A stretch of DNA of 64,000 bases from Geopsychrobacteraceae bacterium (GCA_963676795.2 CAXXTB010000002.1:800001-864000), one strand, 5' to 3'. Numbered from the stretch's first letter, positions 44,848-59,893 are shown. Translations and numbers: made by a program. The notes: generated by a model from the sequence alone, not told the origin.

Positions 44848-46361
44848 AGTATTTTACTCAGATTGACCGGACCGTTCTGATTTCTGCCCTTTCCGGGGCG
44901 CTGCTGGCGCTGGCCTTTCCGCGCCCCGATCTGTTCTGGCTGGCCTGGATCGGTTTGATACCGCTGTTGCTGGTTGTGGGGAAGCGCCCTTTCGCCAGTG
45001 GTTTTTCCGCCGGAATCGCCTTTTTCGCCATCGTTCTTTACTGGCTGAATATCGTCATGACCAGCTACGGAGGACTGCTGCCGGTTTTTTCCGCAATCGC
45101 CTACCTCATGCTGGTCGTCTATCTGGCGTTTTATTTCGGCATCGCCACGCTGACCAGCTGGGGATTGAAGAAGCGTTACCGGATTCCACTGTTGTTCAGC
45201 TTTCCATTCTTCTGGGTTGCCCTTGAATACCTGCGCGGCCTGATTTTCAGCGGATTTCCCTGGGCTCTGCTCGGCTATTCCCAGCAGGATTTCTCCCTGG
45301 CCATCCAGAGCGCGGATGTGACGGGGGTTTACGGTGTCAGTTTCATCCTGGTCGCGGTCAACTGCGCCCTGGCCTGGCTGATTGCTGAGCCGCGCAAGCG
45401 GAACGCCTGGGGCGGCGCAGTGATTGTTGCTGTGCTACTGGCCGGCCACCTCGGGTATGGTTACTGGTGTGAGCGGACGAAAAGCGATGAGCGCGGGGAA
45501 AGCCTGCGCATAGCCCTGATTCAGGGGAATATTGAACAGGGGCAGAAGTGGTTGCCGGAAAACCGTCAGCAGACCGTCGATTTATATCGTGAGCTATCCA
45601 GGCAGGCGGCAGAACAGCCGGTCGATTTGTTGCTCTGGCCGGAGGCGGCGACCCCGTTTTTTCTGCAGGATGACGGAGCGCTGCAGCAGCAGGTTAAAGC
45701 TGTACCCGGCGAGACGCAGTCCGCCTTGCTGGTCGGCAGTCCGTCCTATGAAGCGCATGCAGAAGGGCAGGTGAAATACTACAACAGCGCCTTCCTGTTC
45801 TCGCCGCGGGGGGAGCTGCTCGGCCGTTCCGACAAGCTCCACCTGGTGCCTTTCGGGGAGTATGTACCACTCAAATGGTTGCTCGGCTTTCTTGACAAGC
45901 TGGTTGTCGGCGCCGGAGATTTTTCTTCCGGAAAATTGCAGCCGCTTCTTTTGGCTGACCACAAACTCGGAGTCCTGATCTGTTATGAAGCGATCTTTTC
46001 CGAGCTGGCCCGGACTCAGGTGCGAAAGGGGAGTGAACTGCTGATCAACCTGACCAACGATGCCTGGTTCGGCCGTTCTTCGGCGCCCTATCAGCATCTT
46101 GCCATGGTGCGCTTTCGCTCTATTGAGAACCGGGTGTGGACGGCGCGCGCAGCCAATACCGGAATCTCGGCCATTATCGCTCCTTCGGGGACGGTTGTCA
46201 GTGCGACACCGCTGTTTGAGCGCCTTCAGCAGGGTGGGGTTGTCGGTCTGGGTGCAGAACAGACCTTTTATACCCGCTATGGCGACGTTTTTGCCCTGGC
46301 CTGTTTGATGCTCTTCTGCTTTGCCTGCTTTGCCCTGACGCGTAAGAAAATCAAAGACTGA
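44844..46361 (+). CDS. lnt: Apolipoprotein N-acyltransferase
   Basis: GFPW, QGNI, WPE, KLHLVPFGEYVP, ICYE, TNDAWFG and RAANTGIS. Confidence 0.95.
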   Translation: MKYFTQIDRTVLISALSGALLALAFPRPDLFWLAWIGLIPLLLVVGKRPFASGFSAGIAFFAIVLYWLNIVMTSYGGLLPVFSAIAYLMLVVYLAFYFGIATLTSWGLKKRYRIPLLFSFPFFWVALEYLRGLIFSGFPWALLGYSQQDFSLAIQSADVTGVYGVSFILVAVNCALAWLIAEPRKRNAWGGAVIVAVLLAGHLGYGYWCERTKSDERGESLRIALIQGNIEQGQKWLPENRQQTVDLYRELSRQAAEQPVDLLLWPEAATPFFLQDDGALQQQVKAVPGETQSALLVGSPSYEAHAEGQVKYYNSAFLFSPRGELLGRSDKLHLVPFGEYVPLKWLLGFLDKLVVGAGDFSSGKLQPLLLADHKLGVLICYEAIFSELARTQVRKGSELLINLTNDAWFGRSSAPYQHLAMVRFRSIENRVWTARAANTGISAIIAPSGTVVSATPLFERLQQGGVVGLGAEQTFYTRYGDVFALACLMLFCFACFALTRKKIKD

Positions 46362-46408
46362 TCGTCGGCCTGTTGCCGTTTAACTTCATCGTCTCCGGAG
46401 ATATTCAG

Positions 46409-48163
46409 GTGCGCTATTCATCTTTGCTGCTGGTTCCGCTTCTGTTGCTCTGGTTTTTGGCTGCTCCCCTGTGGGCGGCCGTCGCCAATGATAGCGCTTC
46501 TCTGCAGGCCGGGATGATGACGGTCGGACTTTTTGGTGGGCTGGCCCTGTTTCTCTATGGTATGGAGCAGATGACCGAAGCGCTCAAGGCGGCCGCCGGC
46601 AGTGGCCTGCAGTCGATCCTGGCGCGACTGACGACCAATCGCTTCAGCGGCGCTTTGATAGGGGCTCTGGTTACGGCGATCATACAGTCGTCTTCAGTAA
46701 CGACGGTTCTGGTTGTCGGCTTCGTCAGCGCGGGGCTGATGACCCTCAACCAGTCGATCGGGGTCATCCTTGGAGCAAATATCGGGAGCACCGTAACCGC
46801 CCAGATCATCGCCTTCAATGTGACCAGGTATTCCCTGCTGATTGTTGCCGTCGGTTTTGCCATGACCTTTATCGGCCAACGCGAACGGGTAAAACAGTAC
46901 GGCCATATTTTCTTTGGTCTCGGGCTGCTTTTCCTCGGCATGGGGATCATGAGTGAGGCGATGGCTCCGCTGCGCAGCTATCCACCTTTCATGACGCTGA
47001 TGGCGCAAATGGCCAACCCAGTGCTGGGGATTGCTGTCGGTGCCGTGTTTACCGCTCTGGTTCAGTCTTCCGCAGCGACGACCGGGATCGTCATTGTCCT
47101 CGCCAGTCAGGGTTTTGTTCCGCTGACCGCAGGGATCGCCCTCGCTCTGGGTGCCAATATCGGGACCTGCGTGACGGCGATGCTGGCAACCATCGGCAAG
47201 CCGCGGGCCGCGCTGCGGGCGGCTGCGGTGCATGTCCTGTTCAATGTCGTCGGGGTTCTGCTCTGGTTCGGTTTTATCGGTCAGCTTGCCCAGCTGACCC
47301 GTGCTTTGTCGCCGCTACACCCCGAACTGACTGGTCTTACCCGCCTGGCGGCAGAAACGCCGCGCCAGATCGCCAATGCCAATACCCTGTTCAATCTGGT
47401 CAACACCCTGCTGTTTATCGGTTTTACCCCCTGGATCGGACAGCTTGTCAGCCGTATCTTTCCCGATCGGTCGAGGCGCGAAGATCAGCCGTTGATTGTG
47501 CCGAAATACCTGGATGAGCATCTGCTCGAAACCCCCTCCGCGGCACTCAATGTCGTGCGGCTTGAAGTTGGCCATCTTGGTCAGCAGGTGCTGCTGATGC
47601 TGGCCACCGCGCACAGGGCTCTTGAGGAACAGAGCGTCGATCTGTTCCGTGATGTTGAAAAGGCCGATGACGCAGCCGATATCCTGCATAAGGCGATTCT
47701 GGAATACCTCAATGCGATAGGCAAGCGGGAGTTGACCAGTCAGCAGATTGAAGAGTACTTTCGACTGGCACAGGCGGTCGATACTCTTGAAAGTGTCGGT
47801 GATCTGCTGGAATCCGATTTTGCCGTGACCGGTGTGGAGCTGGCCCAGCAGGGTGCGCGACCGAGCTCGATCATGTTTAAACATCTGGAAAAATTGCATG
47901 CGCTGGTTGTCGAGGCGCTGGAGTCGGCCATCCAGGCAGTTGTCAACAGCGATCCGAAGGCAGGGCAGGATGTTTTGGGACTGCGTCTGGCGGTCAACGC
48001 TACGGTTTCCGAGGCCTTTCAGCATCAGGTGGACAGTCTGGCGAAAAGTGATCGGGAGCGGATTGCGACGCTGCAGCTCGAGTTTGAGTTGATCGATAAA
48101 ATGAAGCAGATTTACTCGCTGTGTAAACGTATCGCCAGGCTTTTTGTTCCGCCCGCGGTCTGA
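46409..48163 (+). CDS. Na+/phosphate cotransporter with PhoU-like C-terminus
   Basis: GGLALFLYGM, two QSSS/QSSA repeats and GANIG(S/T) twice; GTG start 46409. Confidence 0.9.
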   Translation: MRYSSLLLVPLLLLWFLAAPLWAAVANDSASLQAGMMTVGLFGGLALFLYGMEQMTEALKAAAGSGLQSILARLTTNRFSGALIGALVTAIIQSSSVTTVLVVGFVSAGLMTLNQSIGVILGANIGSTVTAQIIAFNVTRYSLLIVAVGFAMTFIGQRERVKQYGHIFFGLGLLFLGMGIMSEAMAPLRSYPPFMTLMAQMANPVLGIAVGAVFTALVQSSAATTGIVIVLASQGFVPLTAGIALALGANIGTCVTAMLATIGKPRAALRAAAVHVLFNVVGVLLWFGFIGQLAQLTRALSPLHPELTGLTRLAAETPRQIANANTLFNLVNTLLFIGFTPWIGQLVSRIFPDRSRREDQPLIVPKYLDEHLLETPSAALNVVRLEVGHLGQQVLLMLATAHRALEEQSVDLFRDVEKADDAADILHKAILEYLNAIGKRELTSQQIEEYFRLAQAVDTLESVGDLLESDFAVTGVELAQQGARPSSIMFKHLEKLHALVVEALESAIQAVVNSDPKAGQDVLGLRLAVNATVSEAFQHQVDSLAKSDRERIATLQLEFELIDKMKQIYSLCKRIARLFVPPAV

Positions 48164-48242
48164 CCGGTCTTATAGCGTGATTTGGCGGTTGACAACGGCA
48201 GCGTTTCGAGCAAGTATCTCAGTTTTTTTGCGAACCTGAAGG

Positions 48243-49019
48243 ATGGAATCTATGCAGCAGGTCACAGCGATACTGCCGGCCCGTTACGCATCTACCCGCT
48301 TTCCGGGCAAGCCGTTGGCACTGATCGCCGGCAAGCCCATGATTCAGCATGTTTACGAACGGGTGGCGCTGGCCGGTTCGGTGGATAGAGTCATTGTTGC
48401 CACCGATGATCAGCGCATCGTTGATTGTGTTGCGGCCTTCGGCGGCGAGGTGGTACTGACCCGTGCCGATCATCCGACCGGGACAGATCGTCTGGCCGAG
48501 GTCGCAAGCCGCATCGATACCGAGCTGATCGTCAACGTCCAGGGGGACGAGCCGCTGATTCAGCCTGAAATGATCGATCAGGCGGTGGTGCCGCTGGTCG
48601 AGAATCCCGGGATCCAGATGGGGACACTGGCGTCTGCTGTCGACAGTATCGAAGATTTTCGCAGCCCGAATGTGGTCAAGGTAGTCAGGAATCTGGCCGG
48701 GTTCGCCCTCTACTTTTCCCGGGCTCCAATCCCCTGGCCGCGGGATATTGCTGCGGATCAGCTCGGAGAGCGGCTCGCCGAGCTCGGCATCCTGCGTCAT
48801 ATCGGACTCTACGTTTACCGTCGGCAGTTGTTGCTCGACTACCCGAACTGGCCGAAAACCCCGCTGGAAGAGCTGGAAAACCTGGAGCAGTTGCGCGCTC
48901 TGGAACGGGGCGTCGGTCTCTATGTTGCGCAGACCGGTTTCTCCTGCCACGGGGTCGATACGCCAGAGGATCTGCTCCGGGTTGAGCGCCTGCTGAGCGA
49001 AAAACACGAATTAAAATAG
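48243..49019 (+). CDS. kdsB: CMP-Kdo synthetase
   Basis: PARYASTRFPGKPL, NVQGDEP, HIGLY and LEQLRAL. Confidence 0.95.
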   Translation: MESMQQVTAILPARYASTRFPGKPLALIAGKPMIQHVYERVALAGSVDRVIVATDDQRIVDCVAAFGGEVVLTRADHPTGTDRLAEVASRIDTELIVNVQGDEPLIQPEMIDQAVVPLVENPGIQMGTLASAVDSIEDFRSPNVVKVVRNLAGFALYFSRAPIPWPRDIAADQLGERLAELGILRHIGLYVYRRQLLLDYPNWPKTPLEELENLEQLRALERGVGLYVAQTGFSCHGVDTPEDLLRVERLLSEKHELK

Positions 49020-49145
49020 GAGTTTCGGTTCTATTCGGAGGATGGACCGATTTTTGCTAGATCGGGGTTTCTTTCGGCCCTGTTTCTGTGTAGAATCAGC
49101 CAACTGCGACAAATGGCCATATGGTGGCCTTAAGTGCGAATATAG

Positions 49146-51598
<2,453 letters not shown>

Positions 51599-51602
51599 GG
51601 AA

Positions 51603-52568
51603 GTGATGATAGAAACAGCCAAACGCGTCCTGCAGGTGGAAGCCGAAGCCGTTCTCGCCCTCCAGGACCGCCTTGACGGAGATTTTACCAAGGCCGTAGA
51701 GATGATCCTGGCCTGTCAGGGAAAGGTCGTGATCACCGGGATGGGCAAGTCGGGCCTGATCTGTCAGAAGATCGCCGCAACCATGGCATCGACCGGAACC
51801 CCGACCTTCTTTCTTCATCCGGCTGAAGGGATCCACGGTGACCTCGGTATGTTGTCGAAGGGGGATGTGGTCATTGCCGTCTCTTTTTCCGGTGAAACCG
51901 AAGAGGTCTGCCGGATTCTGCCGGTGATCAAACGGATGGGGCTGCCGCTGATTTCCATGTCCGGCAATCCCAAGAGTACTCTGGGAATCGCCGGTGATGT
52001 CCACCTCAATGTCGCGATCAAGGAAGAGGCCTGTCCGCTCGGTCTGGCCCCCACTGCCAGTACCACTGCGACACTGGCCATGGGGGATGCTCTGGCCGTT
52101 GTCCTGCTCAACGAACGTGGCTTCAAGGCGGAGGATTTCGCCCTGTTTCACCCCGGCGGCTCTCTGGGGCGTAAATTGCTGCTGCGCGTCGATGACATCA
52201 TGCTGCGTGGCGATGCTGTGCCGCTGGTCAGCGAAGAGACGCTGCTGCGCGATGCACTGTTTGAGATCACCAGTAAAAAGATGGGGGTCACCGGTGTTGT
52301 CGATCAGGCCGGTCAGCTGACCGGGGTCTTCACCGATGGTGACCTGCGCCGGATCATGGAAAAAGGGCTGGACGGTCTTGAATCTCCGATCCGTGAAGCG
52401 ATGTCGACAAGTCCGAAGCGGATCCTGCGCCACAATCTGGCAGCCAAGGCGTTGCAGGTGATGGAAACCTACAAGATCTCCTCATTGTTTGTCTTCGAAG
52501 AAGAGGCGGGCAAGGTTCCGGTCGGTGTCGTTCACCTGCAGGATCTGCTCAAGGCCGGAGTGGTCTGA
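51603..52568 (+). CDS. kdsD: Arabinose-5-phosphate isomerase (KpsF/GutQ)
   Basis: GMGKSG, HGDLG, EACPLGLAPT, HPGGSLG and a CBS pair. Confidence 0.93.
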   Translation: MMIETAKRVLQVEAEAVLALQDRLDGDFTKAVEMILACQGKVVITGMGKSGLICQKIAATMASTGTPTFFLHPAEGIHGDLGMLSKGDVVIAVSFSGETEEVCRILPVIKRMGLPLISMSGNPKSTLGIAGDVHLNVAIKEEACPLGLAPTASTTATLAMGDALAVVLLNERGFKAEDFALFHPGGSLGRKLLLRVDDIMLRGDAVPLVSEETLLRDALFEITSKKMGVTGVVDQAGQLTGVFTDGDLRRIMEKGLDGLESPIREAMSTSPKRILRHNLAAKALQVMETYKISSLFVFEEEAGKVPVGVVHLQDLLKAGVV

Positions 52569-53086
52569 TGCTGAAGAAGATGGAGAGGATCAAGCTGCTG
52601 CTGATGGATGTCGACGGGGTACTGACCGACGGACGGATCATCTACGACAATCTGGGGAATGAACTCAAGGCCTTTGATGTCAAGGACGGCCATGGCCTGA
52701 AAATGCTGCAGCGGGCCGGCATCCAGCTGGGCATCATCACCGGCCGCTCATCGCAGGTCGTTGACAAGCGTGCCGCTGAGCTGGATATCGAGATTCTCTA
52801 CCAGGGGGTCAAGATCAAACTTGAGCCTTACCTGGAAATCATGGCGGCGACGGGGCTGACCGATGAGCAGATCGCCTACATCGGTGATGATATCGTCGAC
52901 CTGCCGCTGCTCAGGCGGGTCGGCTTTAGTGCGACCGTTGCAGACGCCGTCGAGGACGTCAAGCCGCTTGTCGATTATGTGACCAGCCGTCCCGGTGGAC
53001 GTGGCGCCGTTCGTGAGGTCTGCGATATGCTGCTGCGAGCCGGTGGCCACTGGGAATCCTTGACCGAACGTTATTTCAAGGCCTGA
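52568..53086 (+). CDS. kdsC: KDO8P phosphatase
   Basis: DVDGVLTDG, GDDIVD and GGRGAVRE. Confidence 0.93.
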   Translation: MLKKMERIKLLLMDVDGVLTDGRIIYDNLGNELKAFDVKDGHGLKMLQRAGIQLGIITGRSSQVVDKRAAELDIEILYQGVKIKLEPYLEIMAATGLTDEQIAYIGDDIVDLPLLRRVGFSATVADAVEDVKPLVDYVTSRPGGRGAVREVCDMLLRAGGHWESLTERYFKA

Positions 53087-53112
53087 AAGATTCTGGCTTA
53101 CGGATTTGCCCC

Positions 53113-53673
53113 ATGTTGACGGTACGTCGTGCTCTGGCCATCATTATCCTGCTTGCTGTCGTCGCTGTCGTCGCCGGTATCTGGCTGAATCGTCCCGATA
53201 CTCCGCAACAGCTGCTCGATCAGTTGCCTGCAGATGTCGACCTGGCCCTGCAGGAGCTGCACTATACCCAGAACGAAAACGGCAGGGCGGTCTGGTCGCT
53301 GGACGCGACCCAGGCGGAGTATCAGCGCGAGTCGGGGGTCGCCCGACTGGAGAATGTCGCTCTGGTCCTCTACCAGGAACGGGAGTTTGGTCAGGTGGAG
53401 CTGACGGCCAGACGGGGCCACTTCGATCAGCAGGCTAACGAGATTGAAGCTCGCGGTGACGTGGTTCTGGTCAGCGAAAGAGGGGATCGCCTCTACACGG
53501 ACAGACTGCGTTACGACGCAAATCGTAAACAGATAAGTACGGCGGATGCTTTCCGCTATCTGAGCTCCGGCAGCGAGTTGACAGGCGTCGGCCTGCAGAT
53601 CGATCTCGTATCCGGCCGGATGACGGTGGAGAATGATGTCCGGGCTCGTTTTGTCCCGGAGATGGAGCCCTGA
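53113..53673 (+). CDS. lptC: LPS export protein LptC
   Basis: N-terminal TM anchor, beta-jellyroll-like sequence, position between kdsC and lptA. Confidence 0.85.
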   Translation: MLTVRRALAIIILLAVVAVVAGIWLNRPDTPQQLLDQLPADVDLALQELHYTQNENGRAVWSLDATQAEYQRESGVARLENVALVLYQEREFGQVELTARRGHFDQQANEIEARGDVVLVSERGDRLYTDRLRYDANRKQISTADAFRYLSSGSELTGVGLQIDLVSGRMTVENDVRARFVPEMEP

Positions 53674-54165
53674 ATGAAAAAATGGACATTGGCAGCTCTT
53701 TTCCTGCTGCTGGCGAGTGTTCCGCCACATCTTCACGCAGCAGACGCGCCGGCGGATTACGATGCCAGCCAGCCGATCGAGATAACGGCACAGCAGCTCG
53801 AAGCTGACCGGGCGGTGCGGCGCTCCATTTTTCGTGGCGATGTGGTTGCTGTTCAGGGTGATATGACCTTGAGAGCGGACACCCTGACCGTCTATTTTCT
53901 CGAAGAGCAGAACCGTATCGACCGGCTGATTGCCGAGGGGCATGTCAGGGTCGAGCAGCTGGATCGCATCGCGACGGCCGACGAAGCGATCTACAGCCGT
54001 GTCGATGAGGTGCTGACCCTGAAGGGAAACGCCCAGGTTGAGCAGGGGCAGAACCGGGTCAACGGCACAGAGATTGTTCTCTACCTGAACGAAAACAGGA
54101 CCCTGGTCAAGGGCTCGGAACAGGGGCGGGTCAAGGCGATTTTCAGCCCGGAGGCTGGTCAGTGA
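53674..54165 (+). CDS. lptA: LPS transport periplasmic protein LptA
   Basis: Signal peptide; [16 protein letters not shown] and GRVKAIF. Confidence 0.9.
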   Translation: MKKWTLAALFLLLASVPPHLHAADAPADYDASQPIEITAQQLEADRAVRRSIFRGDVVAVQGDMTLRADTLTVYFLEEQNRIDRLIAEGHVRVEQLDRIATADEAIYSRVDEVLTLKGNAQVEQGQNRVNGTEIVLYLNENRTLVKGSEQGRVKAIFSPEAGQ

Positions 54166-54887
54166 GCCGCATGCTCAAGGCCAGCGGCCTGAGAAAGAGC
54201 TACAGTGGTCGCGAGGTTGTCGCCGGGGTCGATATTGAGGTTCGTTCCGGTCAGGTCATGGGTCTGCTCGGACCCAACGGAGCCGGAAAGACGACCAGCT
54301 TCTACATGGTTGTCGGGTTGGCCAGGCCGGATCAGGGGCAGGTTTTCCTCGATGAACAGGAGATCACCCGATTGCCGATGTATCAGCGGGCACGGGCCGG
54401 GATCTCTTATCTTCCCCAGGAGGCGTCGGTTTTTCGCAAACTGACCGTGGCCCAGAACCTGATGGCAATTATCGAAACCCTGCGTCTGACCAGCGGTGAA
54501 CAGAAGCAGCGTCTGGAAATGTTGCTGGATGATTTCAATATTGGCCACATCCGGAATTCGAAGGGCTATGCCCTGTCCGGTGGGGAACGGCGCCGGGTCG
54601 AGATTGCCCGCTCCCTGGTTCTTGCACCCTCTTTCCTGTTGCTGGATGAACCTTTTGCCGGAATCGATCCGATTGCCGTCGTCGATATTCAGGGCGTCAT
54701 CTCGCAATTGAAGGAGCGTGGCATCGGCATTCTGATCTCCGATCATAACGTCAGGGAAACCCTGGGAGTCTGTGACCAGGCCTACATCCTCAATCAGGGG
54801 AAGATTCTGGAATTCGGAACCCCGCAATATATCGCCGACAGTCCGCTTGCCAGAGAATTTTATCTGGGGGAAAAATTTAGTCTTTAG
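54162..54887 (+). CDS. lptB: LPS export ABC ATPase
   Basis: [34 protein letters not shown] and DEPFAGIDP. Confidence 0.96.
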   Translation: MSRMLKASGLRKSYSGREVVAGVDIEVRSGQVMGLLGPNGAGKTTSFYMVVGLARPDQGQVFLDEQEITRLPMYQRARAGISYLPQEASVFRKLTVAQNLMAIIETLRLTSGEQKQRLEMLLDDFNIGHIRNSKGYALSGGERRRVEIARSLVLAPSFLLLDEPFAGIDPIAVVDIQGVISQLKERGIGILISDHNVRETLGVCDQAYILNQGKILEFGTPQYIADSPLAREFYLGEKFSL

Positions 54888-54936
54888 TAATATGACTGCA
54901 GTGGAGATGCTCTCGTCACTTCAGAAATAAGGGAAT

Positions 54937-56394
<1,458 letters not shown>

Positions 56395-56501
56395 CTGAAT
56401 ATCGACCGCGGCGTGGGGCCTGATGCTTTGTCAGCGATTCTGCGCTATACTGTAGTTACAGGTTTCATTCCGAAACCCGCTTGATTGAAGGAGGATGCCA
56501 T

Positions 56502-57050
56502 ATGCAAATTGCTGTTACCTTCCGGCACATGGAGACTAGTGAAGCTGTCCGCAACTATGTTGAAGAAAAACTTGCCCGGGTAAAAAAATACATTGATGAG
56601 CCGATTGATGCTCAGGTTGTGCTGTCTGTTCAGAAAAAAATCAATCACCGTGCAGAAGTGACCATGGTCGCCAAAGGGTTGACCATGAAAAGCGCCGAAG
56701 AAACCAGCGATATGTATGCTGCCATCGATTTGATGGTGGACAAGATTGAGCGTCAGCTCAAGCGTTACAAGGAAAAACTCAAGCGCCACAAAGGGAGCAG
56801 TGGCCCCGAGCGGCGTGTCGAAAAAACTGTCATCTCCGCACCGAGTGTCGATGCGGACGAAGCCTCTCCGGAAATTATCCGCAGCCACTCCTTTTTCGTC
56901 AAGCCGATGTCGGTCGAGGAAGCTGTCATGCAGATGGATCTTCTCGAGAAGGACTTCCTGGTCTTTACCGACGACCGTTCTGAAGAGATGAATGTCGTCT
57001 ATCGGCGTAAAGACGGTAATTACGGTCTGATTGTCCCACAGGGCAGCTAA
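56502..57050 (+). CDS. hpf: Long ribosome hibernation promoting factor
   Basis: DMYAAID, KPMSVEEAVMQM and VVYRRKDGNYGLI. Confidence 0.93.
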   Translation: MQIAVTFRHMETSEAVRNYVEEKLARVKKYIDEPIDAQVVLSVQKKINHRAEVTMVAKGLTMKSAEETSDMYAAIDLMVDKIERQLKRYKEKLKRHKGSSGPERRVEKTVISAPSVDADEASPEIIRSHSFFVKPMSVEEAVMQMDLLEKDFLVFTDDRSEEMNVVYRRKDGNYGLIVPQGS

Positions 57051-57055
57051 TTGAC

Positions 57056-57092
57056 CAGGGCGCGGGTCCTTTTAGGGGCCCGCGCCTGTTTC
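57056..57092 (+). terminator. Terminator-like hairpin after hpf
   Basis: GGCGCGGGTCCT-TTT-AGGGGCCCGCGCC followed by TGTTTCT. Confidence 0.65.
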
Positions 57093-57119
57093 TGTTGACA
57101 CAAGAAAACGAACTTGACT

Positions 57120-57575
57120 ATGAAAATTTCCGAACTCCTCAATTCTCAGGCGATAGTCGCCGATCTCAAGGCCAAAGATAAAAGCAAGGCGCTGGGTGAA
57201 CTGACCGACGCACTGATTGCCTGTGAGCCATCCTTAAGTCGGGATAATGTTCTGGCCGTTCTGCTTGAGCGTGAAAAACTCGGAAGTACCGGAATCGGCG
57301 ATGGTGTGGCCATTCCGCACGGGAAACTGTCCGGTATTCCTGAGTTGAAGCTGGTTTTCGGCCGCAGTATCGGCGGTGTTGATTTTGAGTCGATGGATGG
57401 TCAGCTGGCCCATCTGTTTTTTCTGCTGATCGCTCCGGAAGAGTCGGTCGGAGTCCATCTCAAGACCCTGGCCCGGATCTCCAAGCTGCTCAAGGATCCT
57501 GCCGTTCGACAAAAGTTGATGGCTGCTGAAGGTCAGGACGAGATTTTTCAGGTTATTGTTGACGAAGAAGAATAA
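57120..57575 (+). CDS. ptsN: PTS EIIA (Ntr type)
   Basis: REKLGSTGIGDGVAIPHGK. Confidence 0.9.
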   Translation: MKISELLNSQAIVADLKAKDKSKALGELTDALIACEPSLSRDNVLAVLLEREKLGSTGIGDGVAIPHGKLSGIPELKLVFGRSIGGVDFESMDGQLAHLFFLLIAPEESVGVHLKTLARISKLLKDPAVRQKLMAAEGQDEIFQVIVDEEE

Positions 57576-57639
57576 GCTTATTTTTCATGGCTCCGGAGCC
57601 TGATCCGGATGAGCCCAATGGCTGTGTGCCCCGGGAATT

Positions 57640-58614
57640 ATGCCGAAGCTGACAATTCAGGAAATTTTAGATGAAACAGAGGCTGGCCTCGATCTTGAGC
57701 TTCTCGCCGGAGCCGAAGGCCTGAGCAACACTGTTTCTGCGCCACGGATACAAAAGCCGGGACTGGCCCTGACCGGTTATACGACAAATCTGCATTCGGA
57801 TCGCGTTCAGGTGCTTGGTTCGACCGAACTCAGTTATCTTGAAACCCTGCCTGCTGCAAAAGCCTCAGCTCAGTTTCTTAAGCTCTGCCAGACCGGCTGC
57901 TCCTGTCTGATCATCACCAAGGACCAGGCTGCTCAGGCCTATATGCTGAAACATGCCGATCAGGAGCAGGTGCCGCTGTTGCGGACCAGCCACCTCAGCT
58001 CTCATTTTATCTCCCTGATTACCCGCTTTCTTGAAGAGCGCTTGCTGCCGACCTCGACAGTTCACGGTGTGCTGGTCGATATTCTCGGTGTCGGTGTCCT
58101 GATCCAGGGGAAAAGCGGTATCGGCAAAAGTGAGTGTGCCCTTGAGCTGGTACTGCGTGGTTATCGGCTGGTTGCCGATGACGTCGTCAGGGTCCGTTTC
58201 AAGTTGCCGTCTGTCATCTTTGGTGAGGGGATGGATCTGCTTCATCATCATATCGAAATCCGCGGTCTCGGGATTCTCAACATCAAACACCTGTTTGGCG
58301 TTGCCGCGATTCGTGAGCGGAAAAAAATCGACCTGGTCGCTGAACTTTCCGAATGGGATGATGCAAAGGTCTACGATCGGCTGGGGGCGGAGGAGAAAAC
58401 CTGCAACATCCATGGTGTTGAGCTGCCTCTGGTCGAGATTCCGGTGGCTCCGGGCCGTAACGTGAGTTCGATTATCGAGGTTGCGGCGCGCAATCAGCTG
58501 CTCAAGGAGATGGGCTATCACAGCGCCAGAGCCTTTCAGGAACTCCTCGAACAGCGCATGGCTGAAACGGCGCGTCTGCATTCCCATTCAATTATCGGCG
58601 AGGATCTTGAATGA
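57640..58614 (+). CDS. hprK: HPr kinase/phosphorylase
   Basis: HGVLVD, GKSGIGKSECALEL, LVADD, EIRGLGI and PGRN. Confidence 0.95.
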   Translation: MPKLTIQEILDETEAGLDLELLAGAEGLSNTVSAPRIQKPGLALTGYTTNLHSDRVQVLGSTELSYLETLPAAKASAQFLKLCQTGCSCLIITKDQAAQAYMLKHADQEQVPLLRTSHLSSHFISLITRFLEERLLPTSTVHGVLVDILGVGVLIQGKSGIGKSECALELVLRGYRLVADDVVRVRFKLPSVIFGEGMDLLHHHIEIRGLGILNIKHLFGVAAIRERKKIDLVAELSEWDDAKVYDRLGAEEKTCNIHGVELPLVEIPVAPGRNVSSIIEVAARNQLLKEMGYHSARAFQELLEQRMAETARLHSHSIIGEDLE

Positions 58615-59471
58615 ACCGGAGGCTGTTGATCATTACCGGCCTGTCCGGCTCCGGCAAGTCGATGGCCGCGCGTTTTCTCGAGGATCAGGGCTTTTTTGTT
58701 GTCGACAACCTGCCTCTCGTCATGCTCTCCGATTTCATGCAGAAAATCGATCAGGAGCTGACCGCAGACGCCGATGTTGCTGTCGTTATCGATGTGCGTA
58801 ACCGGGGATTTCTGGTCGAATATGCCAAGATCTTCTCTCAGCTGAAGATCGAGGGGTATCTGCTGGAGATCCTCTTTTTTGAAGCGGCCAATGATGTTCT
58901 GATCAGGCGCTATTCCGAGACCCGCCGTTCGCATCCCCTGGCTATCCACGCCAGTGTCCAGGACGGTATCGATCGCGAGCGTGCCTACCTTGCCCCACTG
59001 CGTGACTCAGCAACGCGGACCATCGACACCAGCAATCTGAATTCGCGTCAGCTGCGCGATCTGCTGATCGATTATCTGGGCGGCGCGACTCAGGCTTTTC
59101 TGATCATCAACCTTGAGTCGTTCGGTTATCGCTATGGGGTTCCTCCCGCAGCTGACCTGGTCTTTGATGTGCGTTTTCTGCCCAACCCCCACTACATCGA
59201 TGAGCTCAGGCCGCTGACCGGGCTCGAACCGACGCTGCGTGAGTTCGTTCTGTCGCAGCCTCTGTGTAAGGAATTCCTCGGCCATTTGGTCCGGATGCTT
59301 GACTTCCTGGTGCCGAACTACCGGGAGGAAGGGAAGAGTTATCTGACGATTGCCATCGGCTGTACCGGAGGTCGGCATCGGAGCGTCTCGATTGTTGAAT
59401 ATCTGAAACAGAATTTCCCTGACCAGCAGGCCCTGGTTCAGGTGAATCATCGCGACATTGATAAAGGCTGA
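58611..59471 (+). CDS. rapZ: RNase adapter / P-loop protein RapZ
   Basis: TGLSGSGKS, VDNLP, FDVRFLPNPHY and GCTGGRHRSV. Confidence 0.95.
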   Translation: MNRRLLIITGLSGSGKSMAARFLEDQGFFVVDNLPLVMLSDFMQKIDQELTADADVAVVIDVRNRGFLVEYAKIFSQLKIEGYLLEILFFEAANDVLIRRYSETRRSHPLAIHASVQDGIDRERAYLAPLRDSATRTIDTSNLNSRQLRDLLIDYLGGATQAFLIINLESFGYRYGVPPAADLVFDVRFLPNPHYIDELRPLTGLEPTLREFVLSQPLCKEFLGHLVRMLDFLVPNYREEGKSYLTIAIGCTGGRHRSVSIVEYLKQNFPDQQALVQVNHRDIDKG

Positions 59472-59474
59472 ATT

Positions 59475-59879
59475 ATGATCGGAATGATCGTTGTGACACA
59501 CGCGTCCCTGGCCCAGGAACTGCTCAATACTGCGGCGATGATCATCGGGCCGATTGAGCGCAGCAGGGCCGTCAGTATCGATCAGGGGATGTCTCTCGAC
59601 GCGGCCAAGATCGCTCTCCAGAAAGCTCTCGAAGAGGTGAATCAGGACGGCGATGGCGTGATCATTCTCACTGACCTGTTCGGCGGCACGCCGACCAACA
59701 TCAGCGCCGATTTTCTGGGGCGGGGAGATGTTGAAATCCTGACGGGGGTCAACCTGCCGATGGTTCTGAAATGTTCCAGCGGCCGGGCTCAGTGTGCCCT
59801 GGGAACTCTTGCCGAGACCCTTAAGGATTATGCCCGCACCGCTGTTATCAGACCCTCAGAGCTGTTCAAGACAGTCTGA
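59475..59879 (+). CDS. PTS mannose-family EIIA
   Basis: VVTH, LTDLFGGTPTN and GVNLPM. Confidence 0.9.
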   Translation: MIGMIVVTHASLAQELLNTAAMIIGPIERSRAVSIDQGMSLDAAKIALQKALEEVNQDGDGVIILTDLFGGTPTNISADFLGRGDVEILTGVNLPMVLKCSSGRAQCALGTLAETLKDYARTAVIRPSELFKTV

Positions 59880-59893
59880 GTATTGGAGCTGCA